IMG/VR virus record: IMGVR_UViG_3300023178_000035
Reading direction: 5' to 3' (one strand)
DNA: 64,000 nucleotides
From: a virus
This document shows positions 52,585 through 62,149 of the stretch, piece after piece. Numbering within the stretch: position 1 is the first letter of the stretch; each line of letters starts with the position of its first letter. The position numbers and the translations under genes are program-made. Below the pieces are notes generated by a model. That model saw only the letters and a list, made by a program, of their open reading frames with translations. It was not told the DNA's origin and made no database searches.

Positions 52585-53378
52585 TGAGATACTTAAAACG
52601 TCAAACTACAAACAGGGCTGCTGTTGAAGGCAAGGGTGTAATCTACGATATCAACGGTCAAGTTGTATTAGATAGTACAGATATGATGTTAGTGCCTAAA
52701 GGTACAACAGCAGATGCTACTACAAGCTATACTGAAGGTCATATACGTTACAACACAACAAGTAATGAGTTTGAATGTTATCAAAATGGCGCTTTACGTA
52801 AAATGCGCTTTAAAGAGCCTACCACTATCACACAGCAAACAGTAGGATACGGTGATGCTGTTGAAACTATTTTTGGTCCATTAGCAAGTGGTGACAGTGA
52901 TTACCCAAATCCAGCAGCGGCGCAAAATATTATAGTGCTTGTTGAAAATGTTTTTCAATTAGCAACTACTAACTACACAATAGTTCAAAATCCAGGTAAT
53001 AGAATCGAAATTGACTCTATTATTAGTGTTGGCACTACAACTGTAATACAAACAGCTACTACTCATGGATTATCGCAAGGCGATCTAGTGTATGTAAGTC
53101 AGGTTGAAAGTAGCACTGACGATAACCTAGAACTGTTAAACACTGACGATTCGTCGTCCCCGGGAAGTCATAATATTGAAAGCGTTCCTGCAGCAAATAG
53201 ACTCGAACTAGGAGTTGATACATCAGGCGCAAACATTGCAAACTATGTAGCAGGCACTGGATTTATTTTAAAAGCAGGATCTAGCACCGGTCCTTATTTA
53301 GATGGTTATTATTTGCAATTTACCTCTGCACCAGATTTAGGAAAACCTATTACTGTGCTTCATAACTTCGACAAGTGA
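52584..53378 (+). CDS. Virion structural protein (hypothetical)
   Basis: P.GT…G.IRYNT….FE.Y motif common in fibre/neck-associated proteins, with an inserted TTHGL..GD.V beta-domain. Confidence 0.55.
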   Translation: MRYLKRQTTNRAAVEGKGVIYDINGQVVLDSTDMMLVPKGTTADATTSYTEGHIRYNTTSNEFECYQNGALRKMRFKEPTTITQQTVGYGDAVETIFGPLASGDSDYPNPAAAQNIIVLVENVFQLATTNYTIVQNPGNRIEIDSIISVGTTTVIQTATTHGLSQGDLVYVSQVESSTDDNLELLNTDDSSSPGSHNIESVPAANRLELGVDTSGANIANYVAGTGFILKAGSSTGPYLDGYYLQFTSAPDLGKPITVLHNFDK

Positions 53379-53385
53379 GAACTTT

Positions 53386-53628
53386 ATGACATTTGGAATG
53401 AATACTACTCATGGTAATCAAGTGGTTTTTGATTTACTTAATCGTATCAAGCTAAGTGGAAAACAGGATAGAGATGCTATAAAAATGTTATATGATCATT
53501 TAGATCACTTGAGTGATAGCAGTAAATTTAGCGAAAGCAGTGATAATAATGTAAAAAAACTTGCTGTTGAGTGGCTAGAACAAAACGAAATTATTAAACC
53601 TAAGTTGTATAATTACATTGACATTTAA
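53386..53628 (+). CDS. Hypothetical protein (80 aa)
   Basis: ORF ends the plus-strand run and overlaps the convergent NUDIX stop. No motif recognised. Confidence 0.4.
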   Translation: MTFGMNTTHGNQVVFDLLNRIKLSGKQDRDAIKMLYDHLDHLSDSSKFSESSDNNVKKLAVEWLEQNEIIKPKLYNYIDI

Positions 53629-54047
53629 TGAAGCACTGAAAAAATTGTCTCAAACTTATTTTTAATTACTTTACTTTTCAATGTTTTTACTATACCTTGA
53701 TGCAAAGGCTGAGGCCAGTCGTTATAACTTGCCCATGCATAACCAGAGTGTTCGTCATTTAGTTTAGGTATAAACTCGTTTTCAACTGTGCAAACGTAAG
53801 TATAATATTTAAAACGTTTGTCTCTACTTGTGAAAGTTTCGATAGGTATTGTTTTAAGTATGTTTACTTTACCTATTTCTTCGTCAATTTCTCTATATAA
53901 TGCTTCGCCCGGAGACTCTTCATATTCGTTAGTGCCGCCAACTAATCCCCACACATTGCTGTTTTTACTTTGTTTTCTATATAAAAATAAAAATCGTCTA
54001 GTAGCAAGAGAATAAATCATTGCTCCGCTACACCTAATATTGCTCAT
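53625..54047 (-). CDS. NUDIX hydrolase
   Basis: Nudix box GG....ESP.EAL.REI.EE (WGLVGGTNEYEESPGEALYREIDEEIG) and L..EH..Y.W. Confidence 0.85.
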   Translation of the reverse strand: MSNIRCSGAMIYSLATRRFLFLYRKQSKNSNVWGLVGGTNEYEESPGEALYREIDEEIGKVNILKTIPIETFTSRDKRFKYYTYVCTVENEFIPKLNDEHSGYAWASYNDWPQPLHQGIVKTLKSKVIKNKFETIFSVLH

Positions 54048-54060
54048 ATAATATATATTA

Positions 54061-55578
54061 TCAATTGTAGTCTAGACGCCATGTTCCCGGATGGTAAATT
54101 CCGTCAAATGCCTTGTACCATTCGCCTTCGTCGGGGTCAAATTTATATTGTATATTGGTGTTTATATTTGTTGTATATATTATTGTACTATCTAAACTTG
54201 CAACACTTGCATCGAATACTACATTCCATTTCGTGCCCGTCCATTCTACTATATCATTAGCACCTGCAATGAAATCACTCCCGTCTGCATTCTTCCATGC
54301 GTCTGGTCCGTCGTACACGTAATTGTTCGGAGTAGAACCTACATCCTGGCCTACATTAACACTTGTATTGATAGCTTCTAGTAGTAAAATACGGGGGCTT
54401 TCACTACTCACGTTTCTTGGATCAAAATTCCTAGGATTTACAATATAATCTACTGTGCCTCTAGTGCCATTTTCACCTTCTAAAAGTGTATCGCTCGGAG
54501 TGCTATCAGTATCAAAATTAATATCAAGCTCTCTGGGATCATTCGAACTTAATGACACAGTGCCGCTTATTTCATATCCTGTATCTGCTCTACGTAATTT
54601 TATAGTAGTAACATAGTCTGTGAAGTGGAAAGGTAATGCGTTTATGTAACCTTCCCATGTTACGTCAGGTAATCCTTCGCCACGTTGTAGAGTTGCTGTA
54701 TTATTCAAAACAACGATACTAGCAGCTTGATAATTTATACCTATTACAGCATCAGCTTCACCAATAGAAATTCCTTCGTTTGTTCTTTCTTCTACTATAC
54801 CGCTATTACCATCGGATTTAATCACTGTATTTGTATTTGTGTTTAATGTGTCGCTATCTTTGTATTGATTTATTTCTGGTTTTGTTAAACCATTTACTAC
54901 ATTTCCTGTATCTTCTGTGAAAACACTTGCAATAATATTTGTAATAACCCCTAGTCTCTTTACTTTTGCAGGAGGGTTAATAAAAATAGGAGTTTCAAAA
55001 GTTAGAGTAGAAATATCAATTGCATCATCTGTACCTGACGGAATAGATCTACTACTCCAATTTACATTTGTTAGTCTTACCGTTGTTAAACTAGTCCAAT
55101 CAACATAGTTGTCTGTAGTTTGTAATTCTAAACTAGGATTAAACAAAACAAGTATCTGTTCTAAAATTTGTAATTTTTGATCTGTGTTACTACTCCATAT
55201 ATCAACATTCATAGTTAAAGTGTACGGAGTAGGCATAAGTCTTTCAACAGTGTAGTTTTTACCTTCTTGCTCAAGGTACTCATTACCTGCAGAATCATAA
55301 CGTCTCTCTCGTATATGGAGTTTATTCACATAGGAGCTATCACCACGTCGACTATCGTCTATAGCTAGTCCTGTAACATATACAGCCATTCTAGGAATAC
55401 TTGGCATTGATGCTTCACTATTTTGCGATATTAAATTAGCAACCTGCCGTGACATGTCTCCGTATGCTACGGGTATCTGTCTTTCATTACTGCTACCGTC
55501 AGTCCAATAAAAGTTACTCATCATCCTAACCATTTGAAGTAAATATCTTCTTATTTGATTATCGTAAAAGTGCTGCAT
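54061..55578 (-). CDS. gp15: Tail completion / sheath terminator, gp15-like, with C-terminal extension
   Basis: FYD.QIRRY..Q….F…IPV.YG…PRM…P.PY…..D(I)W..NTDQKLQ.LEQI..LFNP. 505 aa, against 272 aa in T4. Confidence 0.75.
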   Translation of the reverse strand: MQHFYDNQIRRYLLQMVRMMSNFYWTDGSSNERQIPVAYGDMSRQVANLISQNSEASMPSIPRMAVYVTGLAIDDSRRGDSSYVNKLHIRERRYDSAGNEYLEQEGKNYTVERLMPTPYTLTMNVDIWSSNTDQKLQILEQILVLFNPSLELQTTDNYVDWTSLTTVRLTNVNWSSRSIPSGTDDAIDISTLTFETPIFINPPAKVKRLGVITNIIASVFTEDTGNVVNGLTKPEINQYKDSDTLNTNTNTVIKSDGNSGIVEERTNEGISIGEADAVIGINYQAASIVVLNNTATLQRGEGLPDVTWEGYINALPFHFTDYVTTIKLRRADTGYEISGTVSLSSNDPRELDINFDTDSTPSDTLLEGENGTRGTVDYIVNPRNFDPRNVSSESPRILLLEAINTSVNVGQDVGSTPNNYVYDGPDAWKNADGSDFIAGANDIVEWTGTKWNVVFDASVASLDSTIIYTTNINTNIQYKFDPDEGEWYKAFDGIYHPGTWRLDYN

Positions 55579-55588
55579 TGTTTATCTC

Positions 55589-56698
55589 TCAATCTTCTGT
55601 TGGACGTAGAGCTTTGCTTAGACTTTGTCTCTCTTCAACAGTATCGCCGGCAATAACATCAGTTTTTGTATTATTGATAAAGGATGTCTTTTGAGTATTA
55701 CGTGTATTTGTATTTGTTAGTGTAAGTCTTACGTTGTCTTCCATAACATTCCATCTATCAGTTGTGTATCTAAATAATCTATTAGGCAAATAATCTGTTC
55801 GTAGAAAATAATCACCGTCTTCTGCATTTGTTGGAAAATAAATTCCAGTGCCAAACGGGGTTCCATTTGGTGGTAATCCGTCACCTAACAAGTAACCTTT
55901 ATATCCAGACTTTACTGGCTTTCGCATATCATCTAAAATATCATCATTATTTGTTTCTAACAGTTCTATGTCGCCATTTTCGTCAGTTTGAATAGTAAAG
56001 AAATGTGCAGTATCGTAACCACTTAGTAAGGCATTTAATTCTGCTTCTTCTACAATTTTATTGTTGATAAAAACTTCTGCATCAAAAACGCTGTTATCAT
56101 CACGAACTGAAGTTCCATCTTCGTTTTCGATATCAAGTATGTCTTTAAATTCTTGACTATCTGTCAATCTTTTAAGTTTAAGTCTATATAAGTGTGGATA
56201 CCAAGTTTGTGTATAACCCTGTGAAGCACGACTTACATCCTCAACTACAAAATATCTTTTTAATGCATAGTTTGAATCGTTTAAAGCATACTCGTCTCGC
56301 AATGCTGGAAGTTCAATTACATCTCCTGCGATAATTTTTCTTTCTAAAGTTTTTACTGTGCTTCTTATATGGACTGTTAGAAACAGTGTGTCATTAGCTA
56401 AAAACATTCCAAACTGACTTAAATCAAAATCTAAATCAGCTACATTGTAAACACATCTAATTGTGTAGACATCTTTTTCGTAACTTCGGTCTCTATTTTC
56501 TAGAAACAACATGTCTTGAACAGACAATGCATCTAAATTTGTTACCCCGTCTTCTATCTGTGCTTCAGATAAGCTATGACCCATAAGTTTATGTAGATGC
56601 ATATCTACTCCACCTACAGTAAACATTTCTAAGATTTGATTATCTAAGAATTCGTAATCTGGGCCCTTTTCGGGTTTATATAAACTAAGTCTCGGCAT
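55589..56698 (-). CDS. gp14: Neck (head-closure) protein, gp14-like
   Basis: QD.LFLENRDR.Y, DL.QFG.F…D.L, GDVIELP…WYPHL..LK pattern; divergent from gp13. Confidence 0.7.
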   Translation of the reverse strand: MPRLSLYKPEKGPDYEFLDNQILEMFTVGGVDMHLHKLMGHSLSEAQIEDGVTNLDALSVQDMLFLENRDRSYEKDVYTIRCVYNVADLDFDLSQFGMFLANDTLFLTVHIRSTVKTLERKIIAGDVIELPALRDEYALNDSNYALKRYFVVEDVSRASQGYTQTWYPHLYRLKLKRLTDSQEFKDILDIENEDGTSVRDDNSVFDAEVFINNKIVEEAELNALLSGYDTAHFFTIQTDENGDIELLETNNDDILDDMRKPVKSGYKGYLLGDGLPPNGTPFGTGIYFPTNAEDGDYFLRTDYLPNRLFRYTTDRWNVMEDNVRLTLTNTNTRNTQKTSFINNTKTDVIAGDTVEERQSLSKALRPTED

Positions 56699-56702
56699 AC
56701 TG

Positions 56703-56720
56703 TATTTAGTAACATAAATA
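56703..56720. promoter_or_regulatory. Back-to-back divergent late promoters for gp14 and gp13
   Basis: TAAATA on - (56708-56703) and TAAATA on + (56715-56720). Confidence 0.65.
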
Positions 56721-56735
56721 GTATGGAGAAACCCA

Positions 56736-57488
56736 ATGGCGACTACTACAAAACAAGAAATTTATGATTATGTGCATACCTTACTAGGCGGAGGTATGGT
56801 TGATATAGAACTTGACCCTATCCATTATGAAACTGCTTTAGAAAAAGCTTTCATAAAGTTTAGACAAAGATCTGACAATAGTGTTGAAGAAGCTTATTTT
56901 TTCATGCCTACAGTGGAAGACCAAAATGAGTATACACTTCCTAGTGAAATTGTAGAAGTACGTCAAATATTTAGAAGATCTATCGGTTCTAGATCAGGTG
57001 GTGGCGACGGCGGCACACTATTTGAACCTTTCAATCTTGCATATACAAATACATATTTGCTTAGTGGTTCTAATTTAGGCGGACTAGCTACATATAACTT
57101 TTTCACACAATATCAAGAATTAGTAGGACGAATGTTCGGTTCATTTATAGAATTCAAATGGAATACCACAACAAAAAAATTAACTTTGTTACAACGTCCA
57201 CGTACTAAAGAAAACTTGCTTTTGATGTGTTATAATTACAGACCAGATGACCAATTGCTAGACGATTATCTTGCAAAACAATGGATTAAAGATTATACAT
57301 TAGCAACTGCAAAATTTATGCTAGGCGAAGCAAGAGAAAAATTTGCTACTATTGCAGGTCCTCAAGGCGGTACAAGTTTAAACGGTAGCCAACTTAAATC
57401 AGAAGCAACTGTTGAATTAGAAAAATTAGAAAAAGAAGTTTCAACAGCAGTATCTGGTGGAGTGGGATATGGATTTGCTATAGGCTAA
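56736..57488 (+). CDS. gp13: Neck (adaptor) protein, gp13-like
   Basis: LG...VD(I/V)EL…H…A…W.KDY..A..K..LG.AR.KF…GP.GG..LNG…EA..E…LE.E signature. Confidence 0.85.
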   Translation: MATTTKQEIYDYVHTLLGGGMVDIELDPIHYETALEKAFIKFRQRSDNSVEEAYFFMPTVEDQNEYTLPSEIVEVRQIFRRSIGSRSGGGDGGTLFEPFNLAYTNTYLLSGSNLGGLATYNFFTQYQELVGRMFGSFIEFKWNTTTKKLTLLQRPRTKENLLLMCYNYRPDDQLLDDYLAKQWIKDYTLATAKFMLGEAREKFATIAGPQGGTSLNGSQLKSEATVELEKLEKEVSTAVSGGVGYGFAIG

Positions 57489-57494
57489 TTTATA

Positions 57495-57523
57495 TTGACA
57501 CAAGTAATAAATTCATATATATT
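57495..57523 (+). promoter_or_regulatory. Sigma70 promoter, predicted start at the ATG
   Basis: TTGACA (57495-57500), 17-nt spacer, TATATT (57518-57523), 6 nt, ATG 57530. Confidence 0.75.
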
Positions 57524-57529
57524 ATAAGA

Positions 57530-58033
57530 ATGAAATTACTTGTTATTGGTCATGGTCGCCACGGTAAAGATACAGTCTGTGACATTTTAAAAGAAAATTA
57601 TGGTTATAATTTTATAAGCAGTAGTGAGTTTTGTGCACAACTGTTTATCTATGATCAACTTAAAAAAAAATATAATTACAAAAACTATGAAGAATGCTAT
57701 GTAGATAGGCATAATCACAGGGCCGAATGGTATGATTTAATTAGTGGATATAATAAAGATAATCCTGCAAAGTTAGGCACTGAAATTTTTAAAGCATATG
57801 ACATTTATTGCGGTCTTAGAAACGCTAAAGAGTTTCATGCTATGAAAGAACAAAAAGTTTTTGACTTTGCGCTTTGGGTTGATAGATCAAAAGTTTTACC
57901 ACAAGAACAAAGTAATAGTATGACTCTAGATATATCGATGGCCGACTTTGTAATTGACAATAATAAAGATATAATTTATCTTAGAGAGCAAATAGATTCT
58001 GTAGTTCAATTCATAGCAGATCACCGTAAATAG
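57530..58033 (+). CDS. Deoxynucleoside monophosphate kinase-like P-loop protein (gp1-like)
   Basis: LLVIGHGRHGKDTV P-loop, R…R.EW, G.R…E, D.V(I)DNN. Confidence 0.7.
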   Translation: MKLLVIGHGRHGKDTVCDILKENYGYNFISSSEFCAQLFIYDQLKKKYNYKNYEECYVDRHNHRAEWYDLISGYNKDNPAKLGTEIFKAYDIYCGLRNAKEFHAMKEQKVFDFALWVDRSKVLPQEQSNSMTLDISMADFVIDNNKDIIYLREQIDSVVQFIADHRK

Positions 58034-58055
58034 TACAACTTTTTCTCTCAAAATG

Positions 58056-58063
58056 TATAAATA
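58056..58063 (+). promoter_or_regulatory. Full T4 late promoter consensus TATAAATA
   Basis: Exact match upstream of the sheath gene. AGGAG RBS. Confidence 0.8.
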
Positions 58064-58089
58064 CTAAAAACCCATTAGGAGAGAAAAAC

Positions 58090-61000
58090 ATGGCAGGATT
58101 AGTTTCACCAGGCGTTCAGGTCACAGTAATAGACGAAAGTTTTTACACCCCAGCTGAACCTGGTACAATTCCAATGATATTTGTTGCAAGTCGCGAAAAC
58201 AAGGCAAATGCTTCAGCAACAGGTATTGCACAAGGGACTACTAGCGCAAACGCTGGAAAGCCTTACTTAATAAGCTCGCAGCGTGAACTTGCAGATTTCT
58301 TTGGTGATCCTGTTTTCGAAACAGACGAAAACAATAATGCAATTCACGGCGGTGAACTGAATGAATATGGATTGCAAGCAGCATATTCTTACTTAGGCGT
58401 AAGCAACCGTGCTTATGTAGTGAGAGCAGACGTAGATCTTGCAGAGCTAGCACCAACCAACGAAGCGCCGGATGCATTTCCGCCAAACGGTACAGCTTGG
58501 CTAGACGCAGATGACACAAAATGGGGAATTCAAGTTTGGAACGGCGCTGCTAAGACTGTAACAAATGGGCAAACTTTTTCTAACGCAGTACCTATATACA
58601 TTACAAAACAAAATCAGGTTGTAGATTATGCAGGTGCAGATTATACTCCTAAGGGTTCTGTAGGTGCAATTGGCGAATATGCTGTAGTAACTTTGACTAA
58701 TGTTGTAAAGTATTGGTACAAAAACATAAGTGGTACTTGGGTAGAAGTAGGTTCAAGCGCATGGACAAAAAGTTGGCCTACAATTAAAGCTAGTTCAGCA
58801 AACCCTACACTAACTGCCGGCAGTGCAAACATTACAATTAATGGCACTGTGCTTGCTGTTGACCAAGAAACTGTGACTACAATAGCAAGTAATATTAATA
58901 CACTAGCTATTGATGGCATAACTGCTGCAAACGTAGACGGTTTTTTAGAAATATACAGCGATGGTACAAGTTCGGGTGCAGACGATAGTACACTAGGCGG
59001 CCCTATTATATTAGGCGGCGACAGCAGTAAGTTGACACAAATGGGTCTTACTGCTGGCACATATTATCCACCTGCTTTACAAGTATCAAGACATACTTCT
59101 GTGCCTGAATGGAAAACTGGTGATACATATTCACGTCCGACAGGCAGTGTATGGCTTAAAACTTCTACACCTAACTTAGGGCTAAACATAGGTTTATATT
59201 TCTGGAATAGTTCCACACTACTCTGGGATGAAAGAGAAGTCACAGCATATGATACTAACGCAGCAGCTTTGAAAGCATTAGATCCAACTGGCGGCGGAGT
59301 AAATATTGCAATAGGCACAACTTATGCTAAAGTAAATGTAGATGCAGTTACACCTCCGAGAGCTAACTTTAGAATATATGAAAGAGTAGCGTCGGGCGCA
59401 ACAGTGATTACAACCGATGCAATTTCTGATACAAATCCAGGTGCAGGTACAAATACCTTTACAATGACATCTACAGAAAAGAATCAAGAAACTTACGATG
59501 CTGCAACTACAGTAAGTGTTACTACAACAGGTAGTAAGAGTGCAGACGCAGACGCTATTGCAAATGCTATTAATGCTGCAAATGTTGACCATGTAAGTGC
59601 AGAAGTAACAGACTTATTCCAAATTAGAATTACACACGCTTTAGGCGGTGAAATAAAGTTTGTAGATACTGACGGATTACTAAACACAATAGGATTCCTT
59701 CCGTACTCAGCTACTAATCCAGTAAGCATGGTAAACTTAGACTATGTAGACGGCACAGGCGCTTCTACAAGTCCTAGACAGTTCCAAGCTACAAACTGGC
59801 GTCCTTTAACATACACAGCATCAACAGCAGCTCCACTTGCTCTTGCTGATCAAGGACAGCGTTGGTATAGCAGTGTAATTGACGAAGTTGATATTCTTTA
59901 TCACAACGGTACAACTTGGAAAGGTTACAAAAATGCATTTGCAGATACTGATCCAAATGGTCCGCAGGTTAGATTTACAATGCCAGAAACACAAAGCGAC
60001 GGTAGTGCTCTTGTAGATGGCGATATTTGGGTAAGCACAGCTGACCTAGATAACTATCCTTTGATTTATGTATATGATAGTACAATTCCAGGACCAATAG
60101 AGGCTAAATGGGGCTCGGCAAAAGACATAACAGATCAAAGCACAGAAGACGGAGTGCTATTTGATGATGCTCGCTTTGGAACATCCGGCGGTACAGGCGG
60201 TGACTCACCAGTTGCACCTAGCGGAACAATAAAAGAACTCCTAGAGTCAGATTTCTTAGATCCAGATGCTCCAGACCCAGCACTATATCCAAAAGGTATG
60301 CTACTATGGAACTTACGTAGAAGTGGTTACAATGTAAGACGTTTCGAAAGAAATTACATTGACTTAAACGCAGATAATCTACGTATGGGCGTAGAAGGTG
60401 CAGTGCCGATGACTAACTACTATCCACATCGTTGGGTAACCGATAGTGCAAATAAAGAAAACGGTGCTGGTAACTTTGGACGTTTTGCACAGCGTAAAGT
60501 AGTTGTTACTGCTATACAGTCTGCAATGAACAGCAGCGAAGAAATTAGAGACGACGAAAGCTATGACTTTAACTTGCTAGCAACTCCTGGATATCCAGAG
60601 CTACATAACGAAATGATTAGTTTGAACTTTGATAGAAACTTAACTGCATTTATTGTAGCTGACACGCCGTTTAGATTAACAAGTGATACTCCATCGTTAC
60701 AAGCTTATGCACTTAACTCCGCAAATAGCCCACAAGATGACGAAAACGGAATTGTTAGCAGAGATGAATATATGGGCGTTTACTATCCAAGTGGTTTCTC
60801 AAGTGATAACTTTGGAAACGATATTGTTGTTCCGCCAAGTCACATGATGCTTAGAACTATTAGTTTAAGTGACCAAGTTTCGTTCCCATGGTTTGCACCA
60901 GCAGGCACAAGACGTGGCGGTATTACAAACGCTAGTTCTACAGGATTTGTAAATAGTGAAGGTGAATATACACCTATATCTCTTAACAATGGTCAAAGAG

Positions 61001-61419
61001 ATACGCTTTATGAAAATGCAATAAATCCTATAACTTTCATAAGTGGTTCAGGCTTAGTAGCATTCGGACAAAAAACAAGAGCAAGAAATGCAAGCGCACT
61101 TGACCGTATAAATGTTGCAAGACTTATCATTTATATGAGAAAGCAGTTAAAGAAACTTGCAAAGCCGTATCTATTTGAGCCAAATGATAAAATCACTAGA
61201 GATGAAATCAAAGCAGCTTGTGAAAGTTTATTACTAGAGCTTGTTGGTAACAGAGCACTTTATGACTTCTTAGTTGTATGTGATGAAACAAATAATACAC
61301 CAGCTAGAATCGATCGTAACGAACTTTATATTGATATTGCAATTGAACCAGTTAAAGCAATTGAATTTATTTACATTCCATTGCGTATTAAAAATACCGG
61401 TGAGATAGCAAATCTCTAA
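58090..61419 (+). CDS. gp18: Tail sheath protein (1109 aa, large central insertions)
   Basis: L.SPGV.V..IDES, C-terminal VPPSH…PWFAPAG.RRG, RD.LY…INPI, G.KT…SALDRINV.RL, FEPND..TR, VVCDE.NNT…ID.N.L. Confidence 0.95.
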   Translation: MAGLVSPGVQVTVIDESFYTPAEPGTIPMIFVASRENKANASATGIAQGTTSANAGKPYLISSQRELADFFGDPVFETDENNNAIHGGELNEYGLQAAYSYLGVSNRAYVVRADVDLAELAPTNEAPDAFPPNGTAWLDADDTKWGIQVWNGAAKTVTNGQTFSNAVPIYITKQNQVVDYAGADYTPKGSVGAIGEYAVVTLTNVVKYWYKNISGTWVEVGSSAWTKSWPTIKASSANPTLTAGSANITINGTVLAVDQETVTTIASNINTLAIDGITAANVDGFLEIYSDGTSSGADDSTLGGPIILGGDSSKLTQMGLTAGTYYPPALQVSRHTSVPEWKTGDTYSRPTGSVWLKTSTPNLGLNIGLYFWNSSTLLWDEREVTAYDTNAAALKALDPTGGGVNIAIGTTYAKVNVDAVTPPRANFRIYERVASGATVITTDAISDTNPGAGTNTFTMTSTEKNQETYDAATTVSVTTTGSKSADADAIANAINAANVDHVSAEVTDLFQIRITHALGGEIKFVDTDGLLNTIGFLPYSATNPVSMVNLDYVDGTGASTSPRQFQATNWRPLTYTASTAAPLALADQGQRWYSSVIDEVDILYHNGTTWKGYKNAFADTDPNGPQVRFTMPETQSDGSALVDGDIWVSTADLDNYPLIYVYDSTIPGPIEAKWGSAKDITDQSTEDGVLFDDARFGTSGGTGGDSPVAPSGTIKELLESDFLDPDAPDPALYPKGMLLWNLRRSGYNVRRFERNYIDLNADNLRMGVEGAVPMTNYYPHRWVTDSANKENGAGNFGRFAQRKVVVTAIQSAMNSSEEIRDDESYDFNLLATPGYPELHNEMISLNFDRNLTAFIVADTPFRLTSDTPSLQAYALNSANSPQDDENGIVSRDEYMGVYYPSGFSSDNFGNDIVVPPSHMMLRTISLSDQVSFPWFAPAGTRRGGITNASSTGFVNSEGEYTPISLNNGQRDTLYENAINPITFISGSGLVAFGQKTRARNASALDRINVARLIIYMRKQLKKLAKPYLFEPNDKITRDEIKAACESLLLELVGNRALYDFLVVCDETNNTPARIDRNELYIDIAIEPVKAIEFIYIPLRIKNTGEIANL

Positions 61420-61425
61420 AACGGC

Positions 61426-61431
61426 TAAATA
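61426..61431 (+). promoter_or_regulatory. Late promoter (TAAATA) for the tube gene
   Basis: 25 nt upstream of 61457, GAGGAG RBS. Confidence 0.65.
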
Positions 61432-61456
61432 CTAGTAACAAAGAGGAGCAAAAAAT

Positions 61457-62083
61457 ATGGCAGTAGGTACGCTTAACAAAATGACAGTGCCGCTTTCCAA
61501 TAATCAGAGCGCAAATAACCAAGCACTGTTGATGCCAAAGTTACAGTACAGATTCCGAGTGTCATTTATTAACTTCGGAGTAAGTACACCTACTACTGAA
61601 TTAACTAAGCAAGTTATTGACGTGACAAGGCCAACTGTAAACTTTGATCAAATAGAACTACATTCGTACAATAGTAGAATATATTTGGCTGGTAAGCACG
61701 AATGGCAAAATATAAGTATTAACTTACGTGAAGATGTTAATAATAATGTTCAGTTACTAGTAGGCGAACAGTTACAAAAACAGTTTGATTTTTATGAGCA
61801 AGCAAGTGCAGCATCTGGGTTAGATTACAAATTCCAGACTCATATAGAAATTTTAGACGGCGGTAATGGCATAAATGAACCTGCGGTACTAGAAACATTT
61901 GAATTAGTAGGGTGTTATTTGTCAAGTGCAAATTATAATCAGCTTAACTATTCAACATCAGACGCAATGACTATAAGTTTAGACATACGTTATGACAACG
62001 CAATTCAAACACCACAAGGTGCTGGAATAGGTGCAGCAGTAGATCGTACTACAAACACTTTAAGCACAGGCGCTGGTGTGTAA
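61457..62083 (+). CDS. gp19: Tail tube protein
   Basis: Follows the sheath gene. PKLQYRFRV.F, V..V.RP…F, AGK..W…..LR.D, E.W/F.L.GC….Y..L.Y…I.YDNA. Confidence 0.85.
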   Translation: MAVGTLNKMTVPLSNNQSANNQALLMPKLQYRFRVSFINFGVSTPTTELTKQVIDVTRPTVNFDQIELHSYNSRIYLAGKHEWQNISINLREDVNNNVQLLVGEQLQKQFDFYEQASAASGLDYKFQTHIEILDGGNGINEPAVLETFELVGCYLSSANYNQLNYSTSDAMTISLDIRYDNAIQTPQGAGIGAAVDRTTNTLSTGAGV

Positions 62084-62104
62084 TACACTTAGAGTTTAAT
62101 ATAC

Positions 62105-62133
62105 AAAGAGGGGGTTTTGTGCCCCCTTTTTTT
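62105..62133 (+). terminator. Rho-independent terminator after the tube gene
   Basis: AAAGAGGGGG…GCCCCCTTTTTT stem followed by a T-run. Confidence 0.7.
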
Positions 62134-62149
62134 ATGGATAAATATTATT

